Positions 37,288 to 51,926 of a stretch of DNA of 62,930 bases are shown here, piece by piece (within the stretch, counting starts at the first letter, position 1; each line of letters begins with the position of its first letter). The notes under the pieces were generated by a model. It did not search any database. It saw nothing but the letters and a program-made list of their open reading frames with translations, and had not been told where the DNA came from. The DNA comes from Chiloscyllium plagiosum (taxonomy: Eukaryota). Made by a program: the position numbers and the translations under genes. The DNA is taken from positions 10,717,618-10,780,547 of the forward strand of contig NC_057716.1 of NCBI RefSeq assembly GCF_004010195.1. The letters are read 5' to 3'.

Positions 37288-39071
37288 CTAGAAATCCCTC
37301 ATGCGCCTGAAAGATCCGATAGTTGAGCTGTAGCCTCCCCAGTCACTGTATCTCCTGTATTCACCAGGCCTCATGAAGTACTGTCGCCCTCTGTAGTTGG
37401 GATGTTCATAGAAGATCCAGTAACCGTCCATCACATGGCAGGAGTGGATGTCACGGTAACGGAAACGGTCGTAGACAGATGGACAGTCATCCATGAATTC
37501 CATCATCTGCCCTCCAAAGTCAGGCCTCTCGTAAATCCTCATTCTGTAGGTGCCTCCTCGGTACTGGAATGGACAATGTAAAACACTTGTTAAAACTGTA
37601 TCTGTTAAAACAAGAAAATGTGTGCAGACGTATATTACCAAAGACAGAAGTTAAAAATGATTTAGAAATAGATTACTGGCCATTGATTAAAAGTTTCCAC
37701 TTGCAGTTAAACCATTAGAAGCAATGCAGATAGCATATGAAACTGAAACAAAATACATTCAAATATAATGTATCATAACTTGGTATTCTAACTGCAAGGA
37801 GATCATCACTGAAATTATAGATGAATTCTTAATGAGTTCATTGTTGCCGGAGAAGGGTGACTCAAATTCCATCTTGCAAAGAAAGGTTTCTCAATTATGA
37901 AGTGAGAGAAACCAAACTGACCATCAATTCATTGGATAAAGTGAGTGACTAAATAAGGCATGATCCACCTGTTAAAGTGCTAATGGATAGCTGGCTACCT
38001 CCTTTAACCTGTAAATATCTTCATCAGATGGGGATCGAAGGAAACTACTCAATCTTCCACTAGGAGATTAGTCAAGTTTGTTCAAGTTCAAAGCTGGGTG
38101 AAGTTTGTATCTGTTAAGTGAAGTATTGGCCTAGTAATGGCCTGAACAACTTTCCAAAACCTGCAGATTCAGTCAACATTTCAATTACAAAAATTGAAGC
38201 ACACAAAAATATATTGCTAATGTTTACCTACAGGTCGCCTGTGCACACTCTATTCAGGAATGCATGTGAAATACTTGTCACCCTGGTCAAATTCCCCAGG
38301 CGTGTACTTGGAGAAGTACAAAAGGAATATAATGAAACTTTTGCACATTGATACATCAATCTTCCTGCTTACTTAGTACAAATTTACAACAAATTAGAAT
38401 CATGCCAATACAAAACAGACATTTTTTTTTCCTTCTACATTCCCAATTCTGGTTGCTGTTTGTAATACCTCAATCTTTTTTATAACATATGAAATAAGAT
38501 GCAGCCAGCAAAATTAAAATATAGATTTGTCATTAATGATAGAAAAAGAGGAAATAATCTTAATAATTCAATTATTATTATGAAAGTCAATTTCATTATT
38601 GATGAAGGTTTTTGGAAATATAAGGTATGGAAAAAATTTGATGTCTTATAAGAGAAATAAAGCACGTCATCAAATGATTGGAAATGTCTGTTCATCATGC
38701 ATTTAACATGTTCATTAAACTTACTTGTGGGTAGGAGCGACATGACCTCACACAGTCATTGAATCCCATCCAGCGCTGGTAGTCAGGATACTCCCCCCTG
38801 GTCAGAACATACTGGTATCCCATGTAATTGGGTTTCTCATACAGCACCCACCAGTCACTCTCAACACGGATGGAGTTACAGCGGCTGAAGTAAGGGGACA
38901 GGTCGGCACAGTCACTGCTGCACTCATAGTGCCGCCCCTGGAAGTTCCTGTCCTCGTAAAAGATGATCTGTGGGAATTATACAACTGAGTCAATAATTGC
39001 CTTAATTTAAGATTTTATAAAATATTATTAGCAGATGTGAATAATATGTAGGTTGACCTTACCTTGCCCAT
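37288..39071 (-). CDS. cryg: Gamma-crystallin copy 3, 175 aa; join(39063-39071, 38725-38967, 37288-37563)
   Basis: Exons 9/243/276 nt, GT-AG introns, [18 protein letters not shown]...[12 protein letters not shown]. Confidence 0.96.
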
Positions 39072-39132
39072 TTTGAGCTTTGCAGTGAGTGAACCAGCTT
39101 CCTGAGATGTAGTACTGTTCTGGCCAGCTTGA

Positions 39133-39325
39133 TATTTATACTCTGGACTGAAACACTACTGAAGGGAATACTTTTGTTATTCTAATGGTTTCAACAGCGT
39201 ATATCAGCAAAATGACAAATTAGAAAAATAAAGACCTATAATCATTACAAATAAAATCCCCTTATTCAGGGTTATTGATAGGGCTAATTCTTCTCATTCT
39301 GCTTTTATGCGGTTTCAATTGTTCC
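39133..39325 (-). promoter_or_regulatory. Copy 3 proximal promoter (TATA, SOX-like, half-MARE)
   Basis: TATAAATA at 39133-39140, tcagca at 39204-39209; colinear with copies 1 and 2. Confidence 0.7.
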
Positions 39326-39759
39326 TAAAAACATTCGAATGGCACGAATCCAAGCTCAGTTGTGTTGAGTACTGTAAAGGTATTGTCACTTTGTTGATCT
39401 GCTTTATAACTTTGTTTTCAAGAATGGATTGGTATTCTCTGTTTCTGAATATTAAGTAGATATTAATGTAATAACTGCAAACAAATATTCAGCTTCATGC
39501 ATTATCTGTACAATTGCTACAGTGTGTCATGGGAATCACAATGTTTTTCTTCATTCTGGCAATGCAATCAGCATTATTTTGTACCAGGTTTGTCATTGGC
39601 TGTTTGTGTAAAATTAATGTGAAAGCTCATTAGGGGATTGGAAGGGTTTCTTGTCTGATTAAAGTTGGTAGGGATGAGTTTTAAAGACTAGTGCAGCTTT
39701 GAGGCTGTTAGTTGTTTTGAGGGAGAGAGTTTATGTGAAATCTTGCCTCTGTCCCAGAG

Positions 39760-40190
39760 GGATGATTGATGGAACCAGAAAACTAGCACTACATGAGGAA
39801 GAAAAGGAAGGGCCTCTTTCCAAAGGATGACAGGAGGAAGCCACCTTGACATGCTATAAGACACCTCTCATCGTCTCCCCTTTTGCTTCCATCAATCCTA
39901 CCTCCTGTTCTTCTCCAACATATTGATCTCTTCCTGGCTCTCACCATTGCAAGGTTGACACTTCTTCAGATAATAACAGGAAGTTATTCCAGGATGGATG
40001 CAGCAGGAATCTGACCCAGGTCCTCTAAGTCTACAATGTGCTCAGCAGTTGTGTTCCTGATGTGTATTCCAACATCAGTAAAGAGGGCATCTGTCACCTG
40101 GGTGATACACTGGTATGCAAGTACCTGTGAGATACCATAAAGTTCTCACTGATGTGGGCATTATTGACAGTGACCATCTGCCTCGAAAGT
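39760..40190. mobile_element. Possible Harbinger Myb/SANT ORF debris
   Basis: RRKRKGLFPKDDRRKP-like peptide at ~39795-39845; weak. Confidence 0.3.
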
Positions 40191-42209
40191 CAGAAGACCA
40201 GAGGAGAGGGATAAAGGTCAGAAAGGAGAAGGAAACATTACCCTGAGCTCAAGATGTACATATTGATGTAGATGACTGAGGTGACAAATGTCAACCTGGA
40301 CTCTTTGGGCTGAATTTCCATTCCTCAATGCTGATGAACACACATTGGGGGGACTACATGAAAGCACGTGGAGACACAATTTCATGCTTATCTCCAATTC
40401 CAGCCCCCTGCCATTTTCCCAATTTAGAAAATGTAACCGATTGCAATCTGACACACACTCAAAGTGAATGTTTGCTATTTAAGTGGTCATTCCAAATTAA
40501 ATTTTCACTTAGACTGTCATTATTATGCAGACAGGTAGGTTTTTGAAAGCTTGGAGATGATGCCTGGTAAGCCAATTTGAATATCTTGGGATAAGGCTGG
40601 TGTGGAGTCAAAAGCCTTCTGGTAGGTAAGTTTAAAAGTTCTTGTCAACTTCAACAGTCATTATTAGATATTGTATGAAATGTTAAATATATTATTTACA
40701 TCATGATTACTCATAACACTGTTTCATTTAAAGTTAAAAGACCATTACATTTACCAGCACTGTGTAAGTTCAATTTCACACTGTCCTGATACTTGCTGAA
40801 TCCATCATGCATTTTTCCAACAAAAAAAGACAAATTTGGGAAGAGCTCATGAAATATAGAACAAGACAAACAACATTTAAGTTCTGTTTGATAAATATTG
40901 TCACAAAACTCTTGATCAAACATAACCCAGTGAAAGTCGGATTGAAAAGAAATCTTTAATCTACTTAACATCTTGCAATCTTGTGCAAATAAATAAGCAG
41001 ATATTGAGCAACCACACCAAAGAAAGACAAAGCTTTCCAAGCACAAAAAGTTATAAAACAAAACTAACAGTCCATTTCATCTGTGTAAACAATTCCTCTG
41101 CAATGTAGTTTGGAATTCAGCTGAACTTTCACAACGACACTGCCTGGCAACTGTACCAACAATGGTCAGTTGAACAGATGGATGAAAACCTGTTTTGCCA
41201 AATTGTTTTATAATGAATGTTTTGTTTAGCTCCAAGATATCTTTATTCAATTAATTTTACTGAGAGTTGTTTACAGAGCTGCAAAGTAGATGCATACTGG
41301 CTAATTAATGAGTGGTCTTGGAAAATGAATGACGGAAGGGGGACTAAGAATGAACAGAAGATTTGAGAGAATATGTAAACATTTACGGAGCATTGGGTTT
41401 GGGTGGTAAGGTGAGGGTCATAACATCATAAATACAACTTAGCTGATGTCCCAGAGAATAGAAGTGGGCCTTCCTTTCTGCTGCCCTCTCTCTTGTGGCT
41501 TTGGAGCTGCCTCAGTATGTAGAAGCCCCAATGTCAGCCTACCTCCAACTTCCGAAGGCCAAAATTCCATCGGGAGGTGTTACCTTATTGATGCCAGGAA
41601 TGCAACATAGGGAAGTCTTCCAACTTGCATCCTGAAACAAAGATAAAAATAAAGCCCCTAATTGAAAATGGCTGCAATTTCCGATAGTGCAGAACCCATT
41701 TTAGCTGTAGTCTCCCTCATGCTGGACTGGAGTCTGAACAGCTCTGACACCTCGCTGATGAGGTAATGCCAAGGGGGTGACAATGTTTAAACTTGCAAAG
41801 TTCTTAATGATGGCTTCTAACTTGGCTGGTCTGCTGCAATTTAAGGGTTTGATAATTTTAAAATGTTCAAAAATTTTGGCTAATTTGGTCTAATTCAGAC
41901 AGGCTGCTAATCTCCAGACTTCATAGGAAAAATTGCAATAATGTAGGAAACAGGCATTTTAAGTAGTCCATGGCATTGTTATTTAGCCTCAGAATTAGTG
42001 TGGGCAGATTTAGAGGCTCAAATTCTCCTCTGACCCCATGGGAAGATTGGAGAGGATGGAAGTGGAAGTGAGACTTAAGATCACATGACATTGCAACTAT
42101 TACTTTTACCAACCCAATTCAGTTCAATCCAATCAAGGCCAGAAAAGTCTGGGCTAATGAAAAATTGAAACTATGAAGATGCTTAGAAAACAATCCCTTT
42201 TTGTAACTT

Positions 42210-42780
42210 TGAAAGTTAGCAAACATAGGAAATTAAATGTAGAGGCAATGGAAAAGCACTCTAATTAGCAGGATGTGACTATAGGTGTCCCTCATACATC
42301 TGCATTGTCACCTCAACACTTCATAATTAACAAAGAATAGAAATTCAAATATCCAAATGAGCCCTTGATCCAAAGTTTGGAAGTTTATATTTAATGCATA
42401 TAGAAGCATACATTTACAATGACAGAAATAAGTCACTGGTTAAAACTATGGAAAATAAGTTTCAATGCAGGCAAATGTGAGGCCCTCTATCTTGGGCCTA
42501 AAAGGACTGAACAAGGTCTTTGATAATTAATCAAAATCTAGAACAAGGGGGAAGTAAAGTAAAGAGACGTCAAGAACTCAATAAGAGCCATGAAGCTACA
42601 TAGATATTAAAAGAAAAATGTTGGGATTTATGTCCACAGGACAGAATTTATGTCAGTTGTACAAAGCGCAGTTTAGACCACACTAGAACTAATTCTAGGC
42701 ATTATGCCATACAAAGGTATATTGAATTTGGAGGGAGTGCAGTGTAGATTGAACAAAAAGATTACTTGACTCCAGGCAAA
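42210..42780 (+). mobile_element. Highly degraded CR1 RT fragment
   Basis: GVP, tggaaaataagtttcaatgcaggcaaatgtgag (WKISFNAGKCE) and gttagaccacact-like motifs. Confidence 0.55.
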
Positions 42781-43555
42781 TGTGACAAAATCATAAAAGC
42801 CCTCAGAAATTCAAAGTTCACCCCCATAACATGTCATTTCCAAATTTAAACAAGGAAAAACAAAGAGTTCCAGACACTGGAAATCTAAAACAAAAACAGA
42901 AATTGCTGGAAAAATTCAGCAGATCTAGCAGGATCAGTGGAGAGAAAGCAGAGTTAATGTTTTGGGTCCAGTGTCTCTTCTGCTGAGCTTTACCAGTAAT
43001 TTTTAGTTTTTATCTTCCCAATTGGATGTGGGAGGGAATGGAAAGCTGCAATTTTGCTCATGGTCATTTTATTGAAGTAAGTGTCTGAATCCTTAATTGT
43101 ACGTATCACATCATTGAGAGAAGGTCTAAAACTTGTGAATGTGTTTGTATAGCCAGAGCACTCTTTTGGAGAAATAAGATACCCCTCTGGGTCTAGTTGC
43201 AGGGCACTTTTGAGGGATTTAAAACATTCCTTGGCAGAAGTAAGGCACCTCTCAAGGCACTAAAGCCAGATGCCATTTGGGTTGTCAAAAGTGGATATAC
43301 TTGTGCAAAAATGTATCAACTTATTTGGACAGTTCAGCTGTTAAAGGAGCTATCAAGACTGACAAGGCATTTAAAAGTGCAGCCATTTAATCTTTGAAGA
43401 AAAATTGGAGAGTTAGAAAATTCAATCTGTTTCTTGTCATTAGCCTGAAGGATTCCAATGTTAGCTTAGTGCAGCACAATATATTTCGCAAGGATACATT
43501 ATCATACTGTACCTTCCTTCCATTTCAGTACTTTCCATTTCACAGCTGCAAGTGA

Positions 43556-43877
43556 ATCATAGATCAAGTCTACAGTGCAGATAGAGGCCATTCAGCCCAC
43601 ACCAACCTTCTGAAGGTCATCCCACCCAGACTCACTCCCCCTTAATCCCATATTTACCATGGCAAATCTACTTAACCTGCACATCCCTGGATACTACAGG
43701 ACAATCCGTCCAACCTGCACATCTTTGGATGCTGGGAAGAAACCAGACTACCTGACAGAAATCCGCACAGACACAGGGAGAATGTGTAAACTCCACAGAC
43801 ATTTGCCTGAGGTTAGAATTGAACCCAAGTTCTGGTGCTGTGAGGCCACAGTGCTAACCACTGAACCAATGTGCCAC
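43556..43877 (-). mobile_element. HE1/V-SINE-type SINE, diverged
   Basis: Body and head match the other copies. Confidence 0.75.
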
Positions 43878-44689
43878 ATTTAAATAGGTTTCGATAGTTT
43901 GATGCAGAACATTTGAATTCCTATATATGGTGCACATGAAAATACAGTTTGTTGAGATGACATAATTTAAATAGAATACATGGATCTTTATGAATGTGTT
44001 TTTTCTTAATATAATGAAATTTGCAATAGCTGCATTTGATTAAATAAGGCATTTCATTTGTGCATGGATCTTGAGATCTGCCCATGATAGATTCCATGTG
44101 CATTGGCGTGGTAGGTGCTGCTATGGCCAGGGATTGGTATGAGTTGACACCAAGTTAGCATTGGAGCTATAAATGGTCAGGTTGGATAAAGGATCATTGG
44201 TTAGACTGAAGAGTTGAGGACACGATGGGGCTTTGGTTTGTTAATTAGGAGGTATAGAGAGTGCAGAGGGTCTGTGGAGGTGGGTGGCTTAGATGATATT
44301 CAGGGGGAATGCCATTTCAATGTATGAAGGGGAAAGAGATTTTCATGACAGCACATTTCTAGAAATAGTCAGTGTTGGGCATGTGGAGTCTTTCAAGACC
44401 AAATTGTTATGGATGAAGATAGCCACGTCTCTGGTCTAACTAGAAGAGTCTTACTGAGAAACCAATGGGAAGCTTATTGGATTGTGGCAACTATTTAATG
44501 ATTTACGATATCGCAGAAACTATAGGGTCACACCACACTCAGGTCTATCTCCCACCAGTTCCTTCTTTATTCTGGCCAAGTCCCATTGACATCATAACAG
44601 TGGGAGTTGCTTACTGCACCCCATCAATTATTAACCCTTCCAGATCCTTTCAGATCACATACAAATCCATAATGGTTAAAGGATATAAT

Positions 44690-45400
44690 TGAGTTGGAAA
44701 CAGTTCAGAGAAGATTCACTCAACTCCTTCATGTGATGAAGAGTTTATCTTATGAAGCAAGATTGAACAGGTTGGCCCTTTGTCCATTGTAGTTTAGCAG
44801 ATTGAGCAGTGATCTTGTGGAGACATTTCAGATCCCCATCGAGAGAAACTGACAGGGTGGATGTCCTGAAGCTGTGTCCTCTTGTTGGAGGGATTAGAAC
44901 TACGGGACACAGTTCAAAAGTAAGAGATCTTCATATAAAGACAGAGAAGCATTTTCTTTCAGGGTGTTATTAGCCTGTGTCATGCTCTTCCTCAGGAAAC
45001 AGTGAAGATTGCACCATAAAATTTATTCAAGGCTGGGTTATTGACAGACATGACCATTAAGGATCATGATGGGGTTGGGGGAACAGGATAAAGGAGTGGC
45101 GACCACGATGAGATCTGCTATGATCTTATCGAGTGATGGAGCAGGTCTGAAGGGTAGACTGTCCTACTCCTGCTCATTTACCAGTGAGGATGTGAGTTTA
45201 AATGAACTGACTGAGAGTGTAATGGAAGCAGATTTGATGATGGCTTTCAAAAGGTAAATGAGTAAGCAGCTGAAGAGGAAACATTTATTGGGCTGAAGGG
45301 AAAAGAGTGAGGGAGTAATATTAATTGTCCTGTTCTTTCAGAGCTGGATCAGATATTACAGGTGATTGACCTCCTTTTTCTGTTACCTTTGATTCTATAA
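44690..45400 (+). mobile_element. Degraded CR1 3' fragments
   Basis: ttggaaacagttcagagaagattcact (LETVQRRFT) and CR1-like 3' UTRs. Confidence 0.6.
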
Positions 45401-46139
45401 ATGGGAAATCAGCTTGAGGCAAAATGGCCTGCTCTCAGTGCTTTATTTCTTCAGCACAGAAGACTGAATAGCAATATTATCCAGGTTTTATTAACACAGT
45501 GGAGCAAAATAGCAACAATTTAATCTTTCACTTAGATTGTGAATTCAAAGAAAGAAGGAAATGAATGCAAGGTAAACAAATCACAGACAAGCCTTAACAA
45601 CAGAAGATCTCTTTATGTTCTGCAGAGTGGCTGATATCTGAAATGTGTATCCATCTAAATAAGCAGTGGTATCATGAATAATCGACTCAATAAAAGCCTG
45701 GATAAATATCAGCAGAGAATATATGTGGCGGTTATGTAAAGATGAAGGCTGTGGAATAATTTATTGATCATTTTCCCTGCATTATCCAAGGTTGTGAGTG
45801 ATGAAGTATGGTCATAAATCTGTGGTGTGTATCAGGACATTGCAGAGATTCTGGTGCATGCAGCTGCGCTGTCATTACCTGGGAAGCTTAAACTTTCAGT
45901 GGGTTGATTCCTGATGCTTATGACCCTCCATGAATGCTTCTTACATTGAGGTCAGTGTTGGACTCTTGGGCTAGATATGTGGAACTTATCTAGATACTAA
46001 TTCTGGAAACGATGCACAGTTTGATCTCTGCTATAACTCAGTGTATAGCCAGTGTAACTGAACACCATAAATGGACACCTACCAATAATCCATTCCTCCC
46101 ACCAAAAAATAACTACCATCTCCCATCACCTGACCCGAG

Positions 46140-49100
46140 AGTAGAAACAGACCCTTCAACCCAACTCTTTCATGCTGACCAGATTTCCTAAACTGAATCA
46201 GTCCCATTTTCATGTGTTTGGTCCATATTCCTCTAAACCTTTCCTATTCATGGATCTGTCGAATGTCTTTTAAATGTGTAAATGTACTCGCTTCTATTAC
46301 TTCCTCTGGCAGCTCATTCCATACATGCACCACCCTCTGTGTTAAAATATCACCCCACAGGTTCCTTTAAATCTTACGCCTCTCACCTTAAACCCCTGCC
46401 CTTGAGTTTTGAACTTCCTTCCACCAGGGAAAAGACCTTGGCTATTCACCCAATCAATGCCCCTAATGACTTTATTATCCTCTATGACGTCACCCCTCAG
46501 CCTCCTAAACTCCAGGGAAACAAAGTCCCAGCCTCTTATAATTCAAACTCTCCAATCTTGGTAACATCCTTGTAAAACGTTTTTTACATCTTTTACATTT
46601 AATAACCTTCTTCCTACAGCAGGGCAACCAGAATTATACACAGTATGCTAAATGTGGCCTCGCCCATGTCTTGTATAGCCATAACATGACGTCCTAACTC
46701 CTATTTAGACCAATGAAGACAAGCATGCCAAATGCCTTCTTCACTGCCCTTTTAACCTGTGGCACCACTTTTAAGGAACTATGTACCTGCCCTCCTTAGA
46801 TTTCTCTGTTCAACAACACTCCCCAGGGCTAACTGTGTAATTAACAGTCTGGTCCTCGTTTGTCTTACCGAAATGAAACACCTCACATTTATATGAATTA
46901 AACTCCATCTGCCATTCCTCAACCCACTGGCCCAGCTGATCATGATCCCATTGAAAATAACCTTCTTCACTGTCCATTATACCAGCAATTTTGAGGTCAT
47001 CCATAAACTTACTAAACATGCCTTCTGTATGATCATCCAAATCAATTATAAATGACAAACAACAGTGCACCCAGCACTGATCCTGCGGCATATCTCTGGT
47101 CACAGGCCTCCAGTTTGAACAACCAGCCTCCACCATTACCCTCTGTCACCTACCGTCAAGCCAATTGGTTAGCTCTCTCTGTATCCCATATTAACTAATC
47201 TTACTAACCAATCTACCATGCAGAACCTTGCTAATCCATGTAGACGACTTCTACCACTGTGCCTTCATCTAGCTTCTTGGTCACGTCTTCGGATAGCTCA
47301 ATTGAGTTTGTGAGACATGATTTCCCACACATAAAACCATGCTGACTATACCTAATCAGTCCTTGCCTTTCCAAATGCAGGTAGATCCGGTCCCTCAGAA
47401 TCCCCTGCAACAACATGTCCACCACTAACGTCAGGCGCTCCCTGGTATATAGTTCCCTGGCTTTTCCCTGCAGCCTTTCTTAAATAATGGCACTACGTTA
47501 ACCACTCTTCAGTCTTCTGGCACCACATTGTGTCTGTTGATGACATGAACGTCTTTGCTAAGGGCCCTACAATTTCTTCTCTAGCTTCTCACAAAGTCCC
47601 TGGATACACTTGATCAGGTCCCAGAGATTTATTTATGTTTATGTGTTTTCAGACCTTCAGCATCTCCTCTTCTGTAATATGAATTTTTTTCAAGACTTCA
47701 ATATTTATTTACTTGAATCCTCTAGCTTCCATTTATTTCTTCACAGTAAATACATATTCATTTAGGATCTCACCCATTTCTTCTTCCATACATAGATAGC
47801 CTTGTTGATTGTTACGGAGCCCTATTCTCTCCCTAGTTACTCTCTTGCCCTTAATATACTTGTGGAATCTCTTTGGATTCTCCTTAAACTAAAGCTACCT
47901 CAAGTACCCTTTTTGCCCTCCTGATTTCCCTCTTTAGTATACTCTTATTGCCCCTATACTCCTGCAGGGATTCATTTGATTCCAGCTATCTATACCTGAC
48001 ATAAGTCTCCTTATTTTTCTTGACCAGAGCCTATCTCTAGTCATTCAAGGTTCGCTACTCCTGCCAGCCCTGCCCTTTATACTAGCAGGAACATGCTATT
48101 CCTGAATTCTCGTTATCTCACTTTTGAAAGCCTCCTGCTTGCCAGATGTCCCTTTATCAGTGAACAGCCTCCTCCAGTCAAATTTGGCCTGACCACAATT
48201 TAGAACTTTAACTTGTGGCCCTTACCTATCCTTTTCCATAAGTGCTTTAAAACTAATAGAACTATGGTCACTGGTCCCAAAGTCCTCCCCACCTTCCCGC
48301 TCCAACACTTCAGACACCTGACCTGCCTTATTTTTCAAGAGGAAGTCAAGTTTTGCCCTGTCTATAGTAGATACAGCCACATATTGATTGAGAATGTTCT
48401 TTTGAATGCACTGAACAAAGCCCCCTCCCCCCAATCCAAGCTCTTAACACTATGGCATTCTCAGTCTGTATTTGGAAAGTTAAAATCCCTTACTATTACA
48501 ACTCTATTATTACAGCTACCTGCAATCTCCCGACATGTTTTCTCTGCAGGATCCCGCTGATTATTGCGGGGCCTATAGTACAATCCCATCAAGGTCATCC
48601 TTCACTTCTTATTTCTCAGTTCCACCCATATAGCTTCACTGGACAATCCCAAGTACTGCCGTGACAATTTCCCTAATCAAAAATGCTACTCTCTTTCCTT
48701 GTTTTCAATCCTCCCTATAGCATCTATACCCCGGAACATTGTGCTGCCAGTCCTGTTCCTCCCTCAGCCATGTTTCTGTAATAGTTATGATTACCCAGTT
48801 CCATGTTGCTATACATGCCCTGAGTCCATTTGCCTCAGCTGTCAGGCCTTTTTGCTTTGAAATAAATGCCGTTTAATTCATTGTCTCTCTTGTCTCACTA
48901 CTGCTTAGGGTGCCATCCCCCGTCTGACCGGTTTAAAGCCTCCCCAAATAACACTAGCAAATCTCCCCGTCAGGATATCAGTCCCTCTCAATTCCGGTGC
49001 AACCTGTCGCTCTTGTACAGGTCGCTTCTGCTCCAGAAGAGATTGCAATGATCCAAAAATCTGAATCCCTGCCCCTGCACCAGCTCCCCAGCCACACATT

Positions 49101-49170
49101 TATCTGCTCTATCCTCCTATTCCTACTGTCACAACCAAATGGCATGGAAGTAATCCAGAGATTACTGCCC
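46140..49170 (-). mobile_element. Long CR1 LINE (ORF1 esterase end, endonuclease, RT, 3' UTR), degraded
   Basis: LRGTDILTGRFA (ORF1 end), SDH, ILRDRIYLHLERQGLIRYSQHGFMCGKSCLTN, FSKFMDD.KI and WQMEFN. Confidence 0.88.
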
Positions 49171-50029
49171 TTGAGTTACATTGAAAGCTGCACTGCTGTT
49201 CAGAGGTTTGACTAACAACCAGACTTGAATCATGATAGGGAACAGTTGAAAAGTAACTTTTACGGCAGTCTTACATTTTAGAACCTCCTCACCCCCCACC
49301 AACTGCAGAACTTTTAGATGCAACTCTGGTGTTTTTTAATCCTTAAGGACTATTGGGAAGCAACTCCCCTGGTAGACACCAAGCAGTTATTCACCACTTT
49401 AGTAGAGCTGTAATGAATTTGCAGGCCACAAGAGGCCACCAAATTCAATAAATATTTAATAATACGAGCTTCTCAGGAAAAATATCTCACTTGGATCAAA
49501 TTAATTATCTTTTGAATGCCATGTGCATTCTTGATACTGCTAAGTGTTACAATAACACTTGTTACATTCAATTGGGATTGTCAAGACAAACCATCAGCAG
49601 GTTAACTTAGAGTTGAATGGCCCAGACATGAAGGAATCTATTGCAATTCACAGTTGCTGGGGGAGTTGGCAAATGAATAGGGGAAGTAATCATTGCTTCA
49701 AGCCTTCAGGCAGCAATATTGCTCAGGGTGAAAAATAGTTTCCTAGAAGAGTGAACGAGTGAGGAGGGAGCATTACACTCCAGCAATCAAACAGTCTTGG
49801 TTACGAAGAGTGATTTGACTTTTGTCCTCGTCTTCATGAGATGGGAGCATCACTGTGGAAGCCAGCGTTTGTTACCTATTCCTAGACATCTTTGATGGAA
49901 TGATGCTGAGCTGCTTTCTGAGTTGAATAACTGCAATCCATTTGGAGCAAATGCACCTACAGTGCTGTCAGGTGTTTTGTTACAGTAAGTACAACTTGGC
50001 TACAAACAGAACTACTGTTAGTAGCCAGC

Positions 50030-50910
50030 AGCCTGAAAATTTGGAAGACAAATTTTCAGGAGCATTGTTGGAATGTTGTTAGGCATATAGCCTTTGCAGT
50101 ATCTAGTACTTTAAGCAGCTTCTTAATATCATAAAGAGTGAATCAAATTGACTGAAGACTGGCATGTGTGATGCTGGGGACTTCTTGATGAGGCGAGGTG
50201 GGTATTCCACTCTGGAGTTGAAGCTGACTGCAAATGCTTGATCTTTATCTTTTGCACTGATGTGTAGGAATGTTTGTGGAGTGCCCCTCGCTCCCCCCAC
50301 CCCCCCACCCCCAACCCCAGCTACCTGCCCCTCTGGTTACTTGTGTAATTCTCTGCCAACAGTCATGATTGACTAAGACTGCAGATCTTTGAAAATCTGA
50401 TCCATTGACTATATAGATCCTTAGCTTTGTCTATTGTATACTGCTTGTCATAGAAGTTTTCCAATGTTGTAAGTTCACCAATTTGACACTCAATGTTTAA
50501 GTCTGCCTGGTGCTAGTCTAGAATGCCTTTCTTCACTCTTCTTTGAGTCATGACTAATCCCTCATCTGGATGATAATGGTGGAGTGGGAGATATGCAGGA
50601 CCTTGAAGTTAAAGATTGAAGTTAAATGCGGTTCTGCTGCTGCTGATGGCCCACAGCACTCAATGGCTGCCCAGTTTTGAGTTGCTTGGTCTGCTTGAAT
50701 CTACACCATCATGGTAGAGTCACACAATATGATGGAGAACATCCTTACTGCAAAGATGGAACTTCACAGCAGTCACTTCTGTCAGTTCTGACATGGACAG
50801 ATGCGTCTTGACAAGTAGATTAATAAAGGCAAAGTCAAGTAGGTTTTTCCCTCACCATCTATTGCAGGCCCAAACTGACTGATATTTCCCTCAGGATTCA
50901 GTCAATTCTA
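50030..50910 (-). mobile_element. LINE endonuclease-region fragment related to 17700-20065
   Basis: Reverse complement resembles 18130-19440 (gcaactcaaaactggg...gtgggccatcagcagcagcagaa). Confidence 0.6.
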
Positions 50911-51004
50911 TCAGTTCTGTTGTGACTAATTAAAGTGCACTAGTTATATAATTAAATAAATGTTTGAGCTTTTTTTTTTATAAAGCGGTGATATTTAAAA
51001 TGAT

Positions 51005-51300
51005 AGTGGCTCCAGGGGTTTGAATTCACCCTTGGGTGACTTTCTGTATGGAGTTTGCACATTGTCCACATGACTGTGGGTTACCTCTGGGTGCTCCAGT
51101 TTCCTCCCACAGTCCAAGGATGTGTTAGTTTGGTGGATCGGCCATGCTAAATTGCCCGTGGTGTCCAGGGATGTGTAAATTAGGGACATGGGAAATGTAG
51201 ACTTATAAGGTAGAGGGCTGGCACTGGGTGGGGTGTTCTTCAGAGGGTCAGTGTGAACCTGATGGATTGAATAGCCTGCTTCCTCACTAAAGGAATTCTA
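51005..51300 (+). mobile_element. HE1/V-SINE-type SINE, diverged
   Basis: ggagtttgcac...tttcctcccacagtccaaggatgtg...ggccatgctaaattgccc. Confidence 0.75.
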
Positions 51301-51329
51301 TTTCAATTTCTTTAACTATGTCTCAGTCA

Positions 51330-51715
51330 TAGTCCCCAGCATAATAAATGGGAACGTTCATCCATCTGAAGAGATGTTTGAATGAACAGGTATGTTTCTG
51401 GGGGATTTTGATTGAGCAGGTAAGAATAGGATGTCTCCTCTTGTTAGAGATTCAGGCAAAAGTGTTGCTACTTCAAAAGAAGGATTGCCCAGTGATGGAA
51501 AGACATTTCCCCTTTGAGGATTGTATTTCTTTGGAGCATTTCCTCACAATGTGGTAGAAACAGGACCTTTGAATATTTTCAAAGCACAACAAGAATAGAT
51601 TGCTAGAAATGAAGGAGAAGTTTATCAGCCTTGACCTATTTAAATGAAGGAGGAGGTTTGAGAGGCTGAATGATCAACTCTGGCTCTTAAACAGCATGTT
51701 CATATGTTATGTATG
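51330..51715 (+). mobile_element. Degraded CR1 3' fragment
   Basis: Similar to the other CR1 3' ends in the window. Confidence 0.45.
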
Positions 51716-51873
51716 AATAATTTAAATTTTGAAAATTAACACCCGTTGCATATATTTTCTTATTTTTAATGTTATTGGCTCCCTAATTAATGTCTTAAGG
51801 TCATAAAGCATCTGCATCAGCAAAGACACAGACACAATTTAAAAGAAAAGAAATGAGTTTCGCTTATAGTTCA

Positions 51874-51879
51874 TTTATT
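51874..51879 (-). terminator. Polyadenylation signal, copy 4
   Basis: AATAAA about 50 nt after the stop codon. Confidence 0.7.
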
Positions 51880-51926
51880 ATTTTTCAGAATATTTAACAG
51901 AATAAAGTCTGGTTTTCAAAAAAGAA